Below, piece after piece: positions 12,946 through 25,721 of a stretch of DNA of 64,000 nt. The stretch spans positions 303,066 to 367,065 of the forward strand of contig DF236972.1 in NCBI GenBank assembly GCA_000708835.1. Direction: 5' to 3'. The translations under genes and the position numbers were made by a program. This stretch comes from Klebsormidium nitens (Eukaryota > Plantae > Klebsormidiophyceae). Within the stretch, counting starts at the first letter, position 1, and the number at the start of each line of letters is the position of its first letter. Under the pieces are notes generated by a model, which was not told the DNA's origin, did not search any database, and saw only the letters and a list, made by a program, of their open reading frames with translations.

Positions 12946-14398
12946 TTGGCTGTGAATGTGTTCCAACTTCTGTCCATCCTCTGCTGGTTTTGCACCCTGA
13001 CGACTTTCCGGGCTCTGCTTACGAGCAATTCGCAGCGTCTGTTATGTGGGCAAATGCCCCGTGTGGTCGCTACGAGCGCCGTTTTTTTCTGCACGGTGGA
13101 GACAGGCAGACCGCCAAGCTAGCAGAGGACGTTTGAATTTGCGCAGGGTTCTGAATGCAGGGTTAACCCTTGGTTAGAGGTCGTGAGATGGACGGTTGCG
13201 ATCTGCCAATTCTGTGCATCTGCCAAGTGGCAGATAGTCATGATGGGGGATTACGCTAGAGCTTCGATAGCAGCTTCTTGAAGTTCTTCTGCCTTCCTCC
13301 GTCCACATCAATGATCAGTCAACGAAAAGCGCTTTCAATGTTCATCCGTTCCTGAATTCAGCAAAGCAGCCCTCTGCAGACTGCGCTTCTTTCTTGCAGA
13401 TCTTAGTGGCTGCATCAGAAGAAAAGTTTGAAGGCAGCTCATGCGCTGCATTGCATTCACTGGGCATTCTTGCCACTGTCCGCATTAAACAGGAGGTGCA
13501 CTTCCAGAGCAACAAAGAAGCCCAGCGTTTGGCACTACCAGATCCTGCATGAGCTTTCGAGTGGTGAGTGGAGGTATTGTTCGGATTAGGAATTTCAATC
13601 CAAGCAGGGTGCGCTTGCCTTCAGCTTATGTGGACGCCCGTCTTATTTTGGAACAAGCTGCCAGCGTGCTGAGCTTGTAGAAAATTCTTGACAGATGCGA
13701 CAGTGCTTATAAGCATTCAAGATGATGCTCTGGGCGTCATCAATCCTACAAATTTTGGCATTCAGGCCCCAGTTGTCCTTGCATTTTCCGTCAGCTTCGA
13801 GATTTGCAAGCAAGCAGCCAGTACTAGCTGGGTTTGCCAAGCTGATGCCCGCATTCTCTTTCAAGCAGGAAAGGTTTGGTGCACACTTGTGGCATTGTAA
13901 GGGACAGCTTAGGGGCAGCTGGTGTGCAAGAAAGCAAGCAACAATAAGGTGATTTGCTGCTTCCTGCTTCAGAGACAGATTTAAGGATAGATAGAGGCTA
14001 TCTTAGTGTCATGAAAGGGCAGTCCTACTTGTTTGACCATACAGTTGAGGTCAATACAGGTCCCCAAGACGACACCTCGGCAAATGGTTCTCAATGGAAC
14101 TGGCTCAGTCAGAGATACTTTTCATTATAAAGCAGACTCACTATCCTTATCAGCAACAGAAAGTCGTTTGGTCCTTGCAATTTCTTTCACTTTAGAATGC
14201 TTGTATTTCTATCTGATTGATGACAAATAGCCTACAATTGGTGGTCGGAACTTCCACTTGGCATTGCCTCTGCCCCTCCCCTCAAGCACTGTAAACCACG
14301 TCTGTCTCCAGCATATTAACTGATGTTCTGCCATGCAATCTTGCTCAATTGAAAAGCCTTTCCCCTTATGCAGGTCATTTAGAGGTCCTTCCACCATC

Positions 14399-16442
14399 AT
14401 GGCCTCCGCCCCGCCCCCATCTAGCTCTCAACGAGAAGCAGGCACCGAGAAGTACACCTCTGGTTACAATCCCAACGCTATCAAAGTACAGCTGAAGAAA
14501 ACCCCAGAGACTCAAGCAGCCTTCCTGGTGCCATACCTAAAGCCCGGGCAGGTTGTGTTGGACTGCGGCTGTGGCGCGGGGGGCCTCTCACTGGGATTTG
14601 CCAAGCTGGTGTCCCCCGGGGGCCGGTTAGATGGGGTTGATATGGAGGAGGCGATGGTGCAAATGGCAGCCAAGAATGCGGAGGAGGCTGGATTTGGGGA
14701 AGTTGCCAGGTTTCAGAAGGTAGGTGCAGCGGCGTGTTTCTGGACATAGAGTGCACCAGAGTAAGGTTGATTGATTTGTGTCCTTGTGAGTACACAGCCT
14801 TTCCGTCATGCCTACGACCACAGGAGGTGTTTGAGAAGAAGCTTTGAAATAGCCAGATGCGCCAAACATGGCATACATACACGAACTTACATGCACCCCT
14901 GGGCATATAGTTCTTCAGGCTCCTGCTTGCGAAACTCGCGGATGTAGCACCTGCAGAGGACGGGTCTTCAATGATTGACAAGCGGGGACCGCTTATGTTG
15001 CTTCATCCTCACAGCTACGTCCGGTCTCGTCGTGGAGCTGGATAATCGGTGAACTCGATGTAGTGGCTATTGCACCAAGCGGGTCCTTTTCTGCACCAAG
15101 GCATCATCAGAGTTAGACTAGGTGCCGTTCTCAATCATGTTTCGTCCCTGGCGGTTGAGGAGGACCGGGTGCCCTCCGTAGCTATCAACCATAACTCACC
15201 ACTTCCACTCAGTCTACTCCTCGTCAGAGTTGATCTCGACCCCCAGCACTTAAAACGAATATTCATGCAATTTTCATGGCACTTCTGTTTTGACTTTAAC
15301 TTCCTCTGCTTTGCAGGCTAACGTGTACAGCCTCCCTTTTGAGGACAACACGTATGACGTCATCACTGGGTGGGGCCTGCTCCTATACCTGAGCGATCCT
15401 CAGAAGGCCCTCCAGGAGCTGCTTCGGGTCCTCAAACCGGGGGGCATTGCAGCGTTCATTTCCGGGGACTTTGGTGGCTGGTTGTACTCGCCCGAGACTC
15501 CGGGGATGGTGGCAGCCTTCAATTACTACAAGAAACTGATGGTGAGAACCTTGAGCGCCCCCCCCCTCTCACGACTGTTGATTATGATTTACTTGTGACA
15601 CACAGTTCCGCGGAAGTACCGTGTTCCTTCTAGAAGGGGACGGACCACTTGACCTGGGGTGCAAGCAAGGAAGTTTATGAATCCTTGTGAATCGGGACCG
15701 GGTCCATTCTTCTCGATTGTTCGGATCCTTTTGCCAGGATGTCTGCGTGAGGGCCAGTCATGACTACAGTTTGTAACTTGTGTTTCTTGGAAGTCTGTTT
15801 CACCTGCGATCGTGAAGTTGTGACTCGTAGTTTCAACAGAAACTGGGTTACCAGAATATATTTGTTTCAACGACGGCTTCCAAACCGAGAAGATTGCAAG
15901 ACGGCTCTAGAGCTGTCTCTTCTTTGAAAAAGAGTCTCCCGTTTCAGAGACTACACAAATCAGAGCTTCATTGCTTCGGGAACTCACCTGACCATCTAAA
16001 CGGAGCAGAACGCCAACGTTGAGTGCGCGTCCCTAGTGCTTCTCATCAGGGCAACTCAAACGGACGATCCAGTGGAAGCAAAAAGAAAAGCCAATAAGGA
16101 ACACAAACATCGAGACGAAAGCATTGCTGTTTCACTCAGGCCAAGGACGGGGGTGACCCGCACAACGGCCGGAAGATAAAGCGCCTGATGACGGAGGCAG
16201 GCTTGGAGCTGCTGCACGTTGGCTACCGGTACGATCCCAACGTTATGCCAGGAGCAATGGCGGCCGATCAGTTCAGTAAGCGCATCAAGGACTCTGTGGA
16301 AAAGGATGGCGCCATCGAGAAAGGATGGACGACAAAGGAAGAGGTCGATAGCATGTTATCGGGGCTCGAGAAATTCAAGTCGGACCCTGATCCGATCTTT
16401 GTTGCGTCCATTTGTGAGGTTCTTGCTAGGAAAAGCAACTAA
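14399..16442 (+). CDS. Class I SAM-dependent methyltransferase (UbiE/Methyltransf_11/31-like), copy 1, 282 aa
   Basis: Exons 14399-14719, 15317-15541 and 16140-16442, all GT-AG and in frame. Motif I VLDCGCGAG, acidic GVDME, ANVYSLPFEDNTYDVI, LRVLKPGG. Confidence 0.92.
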
Positions 16443-19357
16443 GTCGGAATCACGACGCTTTGAAAGCAGCTCTTAAATCATATTATCAGGAACTTTCAGG
16501 AACTTAGTAACTTCAGTAGGATGTAGCAGTCTGGATTTGACTAACGGCCTAGCTGGTTTTACAGATTGAGATGGTCGTAGTACCATACATAAGCGATATG
16601 TATGGACGATGAGATACTAAGCAATCAAAGGACTCAACATTCTTTGGATGACTTTTTTGGCTGCCAAAATCTGCAACTTACCCCTTTCATTCTTGTTGAG
16701 ATTCAACGATAGTGGCTCAAAGATAGCGAGGCCACGGGTCAATCAAGCAATGATCTGGATCAAACCTGATACAGGTGCAATGCGAAAATCTGCAGAGCGC
16801 GCAACGTGATTAAGTGCATTGCGAGGTTGTTACTTCGACGATCATCAAGGATAAGTATCTACTCCAGCGAGAAGATATATACGGCTGCCATGGAACGAGA
16901 CTTTCCTGGCCAAGGTACACATTAGTACGCAGCGCTCAACAAGCCTGAAGCGCATGTCCGACGAACTTGCATGTGCGCCCAATGGCGTCGGACCCAGCAT
17001 GACCGCATGCCGTGTTCAGTGGCAGCTAGCTTCACTGTCAAATTAAGCTGGCCGTCAATAGCAGCGTCAAAGCGTCCATTCACGGAGTGGGCCGCCTGGA
17101 GGGCCGGCCGCCATGCGATCACATTGTCGCCTTATCGTTTCATCCCAATCATGATGCACGTACACGTATCTCACTGTAGTGCACAGCTGATTGTCCTATA
17201 TGGTATGCCCGTGCACGTGCTCAGTGTCAGGCGCCATTGAGCCAGCCCATCCAATCCGCTTCAAGAATCATTGGGCGGCCTACTAGCATGTTGCAACATA
17301 CTACAGCTCGTTGCGAGCAGCCTGCCGAATTGAATCATGCAGAGTCGAGGGAAGCTTACAAATTTAGATGACTAAGTTAGACGAGTCCTCGGCATCAAAA
17401 TGACAACTATCTTGACGAGATCTTGACTAACTTTAAGCTTCCCCAGCTTTAATATCTAAAACCGCCAAGTTGCTTGAAAAGAGCTGTATTAACATTTTGC
17501 CTGCTGCCATGAACGGGATTGCGAGCGAATGCCACTTCCAGGCAACAAGACAACATGAGTCATAACTCTGGCAATTCGTGATGCCTGTGATTGATGGAGC
17601 ATGTTAACCACTGTTGATCAGTCCTAATATGGATCTATGGAGGCCCCGGGGAGGCATCGAGAAGAAATCCATCGGACTCTAACACTTCTAACATGCACTG
17701 AAGTCCCTGGCAGTCGCCCCGGCCAGTCTGCTACGCAGAGGGAGTGCTCAATCAAGACATCGTGAGGACCGCAGAGGACTTCTTGACGAGTGGATTGCCA
17801 TCCGTCGATCGTTTGTGGAGATCACAGACGACCGTCGATATGTTTGATTCGCTCGTCAGGTTTCGCAGATAAGTCAGGCAATCTGCTGAGCAGATTCGAC
17901 CAGGCTGAGCTGGTCACCAGCAGAAACTTTTCAGCTGAGCTCTGACTTTAACAAGCCAGGGAGATGAGCCGCAGGCCTTCACAACAGAATCACGGTACTC
18001 AGAAGGGGTTGTGCTGCTCGTTGTTGCTGTCTGCAAATTGCAGCGTTCGTCATCCAAAGCAGACTTGGATACTTCACTCACCTCCTCTGCTGTAGGTTCA
18101 AACTTTGTGATTCTGTGGGCCAATGTGCACTCCTACACTATAGTCAGGAGACGTCAGGTGACAAGCAAGCGCCAAAGGGAAATTGTGTCTGCTCCAAACG
18201 GCTCGGTGTGGAGGTGAGTTCTCAAGAGGAGCAAACAATGCTTCAAGCCGTCTGCGACTCAAAACACTTTTGCTCTTTGAAAATCTGCGTCCCACACATT
18301 GGGGGTCCTGCGCTTTGATGTGCTTCCTGATTTGTATTAATCTGGTTCTTGAGGTCGCAGGGTTTTTAAGGCTTTCAAGGTGGCTTCCTTTCCAGCGCTT
18401 GAGATGTGTCGATGTGCTCAGCTCTTGAATGGCCAATCGCATTCAAAAGTTCCAAGAGCATAGAGCTCCAAATGTAATCACCCCACTCTGATGCTGAACA
18501 TATCGATTGGTAGCTCAATTTCAACGATCAAGTGAATCCGGGGCATGTCTGGTGCTGCTGAATGGCCAGATTGTGCAACACTCTGCATCCTGAAGACTGA
18601 ATTGATGATGGTACCTCGAGAGGGCAGAAAACAAAAAGTGCATTCCTCATGATTACAAAGGTGGTCTTTGTACTCCCTTAGAGGTGGGTGGCCAAACAAG
18701 ATCAATGTCTTTCTCCTCTTCCCAGAGACAGACTTCTGCCGCCCCCTGCCACAAGCAAATATCGAGGGGAACTCAATCAGGCAGAAGGAACTCTATCAGG
18801 CAGAAGAAAATATACCAGCTGTCAACAGAACTTTCATACATCAAATTCTTCTAAAAACTTTCTGAGGAGCACTCGCACTGATGCATCTGTTGCCTTACAT
18901 CACCTGTGCACCGTGATCAGCGCTCTGACTGACCTACTGCTGTGTGGGCCAGATCATGACAAGCTCAGCAAATACCACAAGAACTCGGAAGTCTGCTTTC
19001 CAGCATGTCTCACTGCACTGCCGCACTTTGCTGGCTACACACACAAACTTCGCCTGAAGCATTCCATTTGTCACAGCCTTTCGGAACCATCAAATGTCTT
19101 GTCGACAGTCTGCTGATGGTTGTCTTCATTGTTCTTCACATTGATTACACTTCACAGTGTCGTTCTCTGTCAAGACGCCCTCCTGAAAATCATGTCAGAT
19201 GTTCAGTGTTCCTATCTCACCTCAAGTTGCAGATGAGGTCAAGCAATCTTCACCTCCAGACCCAAGAGGAGTGTACTTCTTAAGCCACTGCAGAGTGCGC
19301 AATGTGTCCTGATTCTCTGTTGCCCTCTCACGCAGTACTGAAACACTTTGCACCGAC

Positions 19358-21271
19358 ATGGCGTCCGGTCCCCCGCCCCCTGGATCCGAAGTCTACACCT
19401 CCGGTTACGATGCCAATCTGATGAAGATGCAAATGGCCAAGACTCCAGAGGTCCAAGCAGCTTTTCTGCTGCCGTACCTGAAGCCAGGGCAAGCGCTTTT
19501 GGACTGCGGATGCGGTCCGGGGGGGCTCTCTTTGGGGTTCGCAAGGCTGGTTTCTCCAGGGGGGAGAGTGCATGGGATCGACAGAGAAGCTGAAATGGTG
19601 CAAAAGGCGAATGAGAATGCGGAGGCGGCTGGGCTTGCGGATGTTGCGAAGTTTCATCAGGTGAGGGAAAATGCTCTGTAAAGCCACACACTTGTTCATG
19701 TGGTCATTTGAAGGTGGTTTGATGATAGTCTTACCATGTTCTCCAACATCTGACCCACATCTGGCCTGCATCTAGTTACTATTGCTCTCAAAATCGAGGA
19801 AGCATCTGGTATCCGACCTACTGAACTCTGACTTACAGGTACCAACTCTTTCTCAGCTCGCAGGCTTTTGGCTTGTCATAGGAACGTCTAAAGAGGGCAG
19901 GGCGCCTTAAAGGTTCCACCGAAGAAGCGAAAGCAATGACTCTCTTGCTCTGCGCAGGCGAATGCGTACAGCCTGCCTTTTGCTGACGCCACATATGACG
20001 TCGTCACCGGTTGGGGCCTGATCCTGTACCTGAGTGACCCCCAGAAGGCCATCCGGGAAATGCTTCGCGTCCTCAAACCGGGGGGCGTAATAGCGTTTCT
20101 GTCTGCGGACTGGGGGGGCTGTTTGTACACGCCCGAGACCCCCGGGGTGGTGGCAGCTATGCAATACTTCGAAAAGATGATGGTGAGAGATGTGAAAGAC
20201 GTTGCTCCAGATCATGGACAGCTCTTCCCTGTCGTTCTCGCTTTGTTGGCGCTAGATGGGATTTCGAATGATCCTCGAGCTACACCTGCAAACAACAAGC
20301 CCAAGCGTGCCCGCAAATGGTATCTCTCTGATTCAATAATCCGCTGTAAAGTCAGTGGGTCTGAATGCACTGAAAGAGCGCTCAAAGAGTACGGACTCGT
20401 ACCATGACCGTACAGATCTGGCATTGCAGTCGATGCGTTCGACACAAAAGCTGAAGCTGACGAGCTCAGGAGCGCTGTATGAACAAACGCGTCCTGGGTG
20501 CATCCTGACCGGCTTATAGAGACGTCGATTCGGGAAACCGTCCGTCGTTACCAGGCTCTTATGAACTGGCGGCTACGCCTTACATGACTTGATCCATCAA
20601 CGTCCTTTGAGAGAAAGCTGCCTGCTTGATCTGGAAAAAGCCGTAGGAACGCCGTGCTTCGACGACTTCCGTTTTGAACGATCGGACACATTCGAGCAGA
20701 GAACAGGACTCGCTCTGCTAGTTTTAGCGAAATCACTCTCTTTGGCACGGTCGAACATTTTTTGCTCCAGTCACGCAATCTCCAGAGCACTTGACTTGTA
20801 AGTCGTATTTCAGCGACAAGATGATGTCACTGCCCAAGGAGTATCGTTGACTTCGACCTTCTATCTCTTGACTTGTCTACCAGAAGATGATTGTCAAATT
20901 CGGTCAGATCCCTTATTCCACAGAGCAGATTTCAAGAGCGGATTCTATTTTTGGATTCCTATATGCAGGCCAAGGACGGGGGCGACGCGCACTGCGGGCG
21001 GAAGCTGAAGCGGATGATCGCTGAAGCGGGCTTGGAGCCGTTACACGTGGGCTACCGGTACGATCCAAACATTATCTCGCCGGACGTGGGAGCGGACTTT
21101 CTTGCAAAGCATGTCACGGAGTCTGTGGAGAAGCAGGGGGCTCTAGAAAAGGGATGGACCACGAAAGAGGAGGCCGATGCCATGCTGTCGGGGCTTGAGG
21201 AGTTCAAGTCGGACCCAGATGCCGTCTTCGTCGTGTCCTTTTGTGAAGTCGCTGGTCGGAAGCCGGTCTGA
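19358..21271 (+). CDS. Class I SAM-dependent methyltransferase, copy 2, 276 aa (tandem paralog)
   Basis: Exons 19358-19660, 19958-20182 and 20969-21271. Intron positions match copy 1, and exons 2 and 3 have the same lengths (225 and 303 nt). Motifs LLDCGCGPG, GIDRE, LRVLKPGG. Confidence 0.92.
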
Positions 21272-22239
21272 CTGCGTCAGCCTGGCAGGGTTGAATATCG
21301 CAGATAGCTTATGTACAAACGTTTCTGTACATGTATATACGATCTCGATTGAAAAATTCCTTTGAAGCTAGCAGTCCGCCGATCGATCAATCGAGTCGAA
21401 GTGCACTTGCCATATTGCAAATCAGTGCAAGCATAACTTATCATGCCATGATCCACGGTACACGTTAGAAGTACACATTGATTCACATGGCTAGAGCATG
21501 TACGTCCGCGGCCGTTTCATATACCCCGGTATGAGTACACTGCACTGGCATGTATGGCGCATGGCGCGGTCGATTGCCAACATTTCTTTTACTCAACGAC
21601 CGTCGGTACATAACGGTGCGGACGTACTAAACAACATTGAACAACAAAGCTGGAAGTTTTGTTGACATGACAACGTAGCATTTATTCAAGTCGGCGGCAA
21701 GATCAATTAGTATACAAGTTTCCAACGGTTAGTATACCGTCTTCTTTGCATGCCCGGCTGCGCGGCCCAACTATATGTACTAACTCAGTGCATGACCAAC
21801 ATTCGTAATGACCGGCCATACATATTCAAGTCGCATGTGCTTGCCAATCATTTATCCATTGCATGAGTCTGCAACGAATTCATGTATGGAGCCGGTGCTA
21901 AGAATGATAGGCCATGCGGTGCGCCAGACTCACTCATGGCTCAGCGCGCGAGTCCAATCAAAATATCAACAATGATTAATCGCAAGAAAGTATGACTCTT
22001 AGCTGCCCCAACAACTACGGCTCTAGCCGATCCAAAACTGACGAGATTTTGACTTTTCGATCAACAAAACCAGAGCCCCTTTTACAAGAGTTGGAAGCCA
22101 CTATCTCGTAGCCCCCTGGTGAACCGCAACAACCAATGAAAACAAGGGCTGTCATAATTTCTCGGACTCAACGATGGCAACATGCTCAACACAGCTTTGA
22201 ACCTACAGAACACAGTCAACCCTATGCCAAGTCGCGCAG

Positions 22240-24448
22240 TCACTCTTGATCGCCACCTTGCGCTTCGACGGCGCCGTTCGGTTTTGCGCGCTTGTTGTCG
22301 TTGCTCATCTTCGTCAACTCGTCCTGCGCGGCCTCGTTCTCCTTCTCCACGTTCCGTTCTAGCCGCTCTAATTCCTTCAGCCCCGCGTCCGCCGCGGACG
22401 CCTTTTGGACGTCTTTCTCGTCCTCCTTGTCCGGCATCTTCTCGGTGGCAGGCTCATTTCCCTGCACGTCCCCACGTAGTCAGAGTGAGGGTATGGCACT
22501 ATGGTTTTAAGGGGCTGGAAGTACAAACTTTTACTGAGGTATGGCCTAATCGCTGAGGTCTCAAAAGTCTTGAACACAGGTCTCGAAGTGGTTGCTTTTC
22601 TGATTGTCACTTCACTTCTTCGTATAGTTGCCAGCTCACACTCAACGATCGATGCAAGCAGTCCAGAGCTCCAACCTCAGCAATGATCGGAATCTAGACC
22701 TCAATCCTCTTGCCTTCCTAACTTTGTTGACGATAGTGAGACGCCTTTCCAATTGGTTTCAAGTTGTCATAGCCTCCCCCTAGGCTCGAACAAATCGTTC
22801 AGGCGCACTGCCACCAAAAGGAGCATTTCTACACGACAGCATGTGGCGCATCACGCCCAACTAACCTGTGATGTAGCAATAAAGCACGTTCCAACACTGG
22901 TCGTCGTATTCTTTCCGTTCCCATGCCTCCATCATCAGATCTGCCAAAACCCCCTCCAACAGCATCGAGAAAGCACTGTGATGGCTTACGACCGAAACGA
23001 CTTACCAACACGTCACCATGCTTCCTCTTCCTCTCTTTGACGTCCTCTAGCCCAGCCACTGCTTCTTGGACCGCATCAGTCTCTCCAGGTTCCTCAACTT
23101 TCTGGCTCTCCTTGACTGTAAATAAGAGTGCAATCTGTCAAATAAGCTAGTTCCTTCTAAGTTGCATAAACGAACTAGTGAGAAATTTTTTCGAACTTTT
23201 GCTGGTCCCAGTGACTCGCAGACTGAACCTTTTCGTAGAACCTGTCTGTGTTTTGCTTCAAGATTCGGCAGTTTGCAAGTCGGTAGGTGGTGCATCGAAG
23301 TCTCCGTGAAGGACAGGTGAAACCATTTCTATGACATACTCTGGATCAGTGATGGAGGATGCAAAGGGTTGCAGGGAAGAGGTTATCTTGAGCTGGATGG
23401 TTCAGTGCCACAATGCTCAGCTAAGAAGTAACAATGCGTCACAATGGACAGGGCATAATCACTCCAAGGCAAAACATTGTCTATGGCATACTCTGAATCA
23501 CTAATGGAGGTACAGTAAAGAACTGATCTCGAGCTGGATGGTCTAATGGCGCACGCTTATGTCAAGAACTGACAATGCATCGGAGTGGACAGGGCATACT
23601 TCCTTCAAAACAGGACAAGGATTTTCAGACATTTCTGCAGAAGGCTGTTGTCTCCAAAAAGGTCATTGAAAGGTACGTTTGTTTACGACAAGAGGAAAGG
23701 AAAGTCAAGCACGTTTCAATATGGACATCTATGAGAAGATTCCATATTGATCTTTCTGCATTCTGTCCAGTCAATGGTTAGCAAGTACCTACAAAGAGCC
23801 AGCTTCCAAGCTTGTCTGTATCTTGTGGCTTGCAATAAGCCTGGAATGCTTGCTATTGAGTCCCTGGCGCCATGAAAGTGGAAGCTCGACAACTTTCTGA
23901 CAACCTGCGTCACTCTTCTGCAGCTTCTTACAATGATGACAGTAAACTATAGTGCACCACTTTGACAAGCTCTAAATTAACCATGGCTGGAGTTCTTGGA
24001 CACTCTGACTCTGACTGTAACCCACTGCCAAATTTCACCAATTGCGGCACAAAAACAGGGGGGCCTCTGAATGGTACTTCAGTAAGAGGTCTGTGAAGCT
24101 ACAATGCAAGTTGTGTTTGAAGTTACTGAAAGGTCAAGCTTCAAGGAAAGGACAGAATATTGCACCCCGGCATATCCAGTCACACCAATAAACTAAACAA
24201 CATGGTTCCACAGTTGACCAAACCGGCCTTTAACGAGGCCTGGTTAGCTTGTAGAACCTCATAAAAGGCTGCTACGCCATGATAACTAAAGTCTTTGCAT
24301 GCAACTTGCGACACAAGCCTTTGAGCCGCTCACCTTTCTCCTGGGTGTCCTCCTGCGCCTTCTGGTCGTGTGAGTCTCCCACCAACTTTTCCGCCACGCC
24401 CTTCGCGCCTTCCACGACACTGGCTGTGGCTTCCTTGACCGTCTGCAT
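22240..24448 (-). CDS. Small hydrophilic LEA-like/hydrophilin protein, 148 aa
   Basis: Exons 24448-24334, 23115-23006 and 22461-22240 splice in frame: MQTVKEATASVVEGAKGVAEKLVGDSHDQKAQEDTQEKVKESQKVEEPGETDAV...GGDQE*. It is E/K/A/D-rich with no Cys, Trp, Phe or Tyr. The LEA call rests on composition. Confidence 0.8.
23327..23620. repeat. Diverged ~141-150 bp tandem duplication in intron 1 of the LEA-like gene
   Basis: ATCTYGAGCTGGATGG occurs at 23385 and 23526. TGGACAGGGCATA occurs at 23445 and 23586. Both pairs are offset by 141. Confidence 0.7.
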
Positions 24449-25041
24449 AGCTGCTTAACTTATAACAGAAAGCTGTCGTATTTGATGATGCAGAGACCAC
24501 GAAAATTGGCAATCTCGAAGTGCTGTCCCAGTTGTCGGCACCCTTGAAACAAGTAATGCAGGGACCGTGGATCTGGAACGTCCTGGACGTAGAGAGTGGT
24601 GAACCTGACCGCTCGAATCAACTGAACACAAATGGCCACAATTACCTAAAAGCAAAAAAGAATGACCGTATGATCATTTACTTCGTGAACAGCTGAACAG
24701 CTACCACTGCCAGTGTTCACGTCAAACTTTGGCAACAGGATACAATCCACAGTGGCGCGCTAAGATCTTGGCGTTCTGTTGAGGGATCGCCTCTGTTTCG
24801 ATCTGTGGCGGTGCAAAAGCCTGAAAAAGCTCCCACAGTTTGACACTTGTTACGTGGATGCCACTTGTCGTCGAGTGCGGAGCCCGGTAGTTCTTGACCG
24901 GGGGCCCTGGATGGTGCCAGGTGTCGCCTTGGCGGAGTTTCCAGGTTGAGAGGAGACCGGTTGTGGAACCCGGTTGATCTTAGACACCCGCCAAAACTTT
25001 CGAACTGGCCGGGATTCTCGGCTCAGCAACGCGTGCTAACT

Positions 25042-25268
25042 GAGCGGGGTGTCAATGAGAATCGGTACCGTAATTTCAGTACCGGGGCCGGGGACGCTGT
25101 TGGAAGGCATGACGTGGTGAGGTTTAAGGGCAAAACCCTGGGCTAGGCTCCTTTCGGCCAGTCAAAGATGTGTAGGCCCCGGTCAAAACCCTAAACCTCG
25201 CCACGTCATCCCTTCAACAGCTTCCCCGGCCCCGGTCCTGAAATTACCGACTCTCCTTGACCCCGCTC
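25042..25268. mobile_element. Foldback/MITE-like element with ~85-bp imperfect inverted arms and 5-bp TAACT flanking duplication
   Basis: Left arm 25042-25129 (GAGCGGGGTGTCAA...GTAATTTCAGTACCGGGGCCGGG...ATGACGTGGTGAGGTTTAAGGG) pairs with right arm 25189-25268. TAACT lies at 25037-25041 and 25269-25273. Confidence 0.75.
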
Positions 25269-25721
25269 TAACTGAAGTAGGTAGTGCTGCTGGATGTGCC
25301 CATGCAGGAAGGCGCGCGCGGCTAATGCGTGAGCATCACCCTCAGCGGGCAAAATGGGGTGAACAATAGGAAACTCGAATGAGCAATGAGCAATGCTTCC
25401 TCTATAGGACTTCTCTCATTGCATTGCCGCTTTAAGACCAACAGCTCATGGTTGAGCTGCAAGCCTGCAGTGGACATTCAATGCAATCGCATTTCTCAGA
25501 TTCTTTCAAGCAGAAAAGCAAGCAAGGTGTTGACAGCAAACCTTGTAAGCATACAGCAAAGGACTTGTTGGCATAGGCATGAGCAGCAAAGCTTGTTCAG
25601 GTGTGTTGAGACTTGAAGCTGCTTACCAGCAGAGTGGTGGACAAAGAAAGTCAGCGGGCAGACACTTTCAGAAAGGGGACAGCCCTCACGAAAGTTGCTG
25701 GGATGGCATGAGTCATACGAG

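Noticed and set aside
17640-19260. Coding-like patches between the two methyltransferases
   Set aside because: Frequent stops, no consistent splice chain and no recognisable domain.
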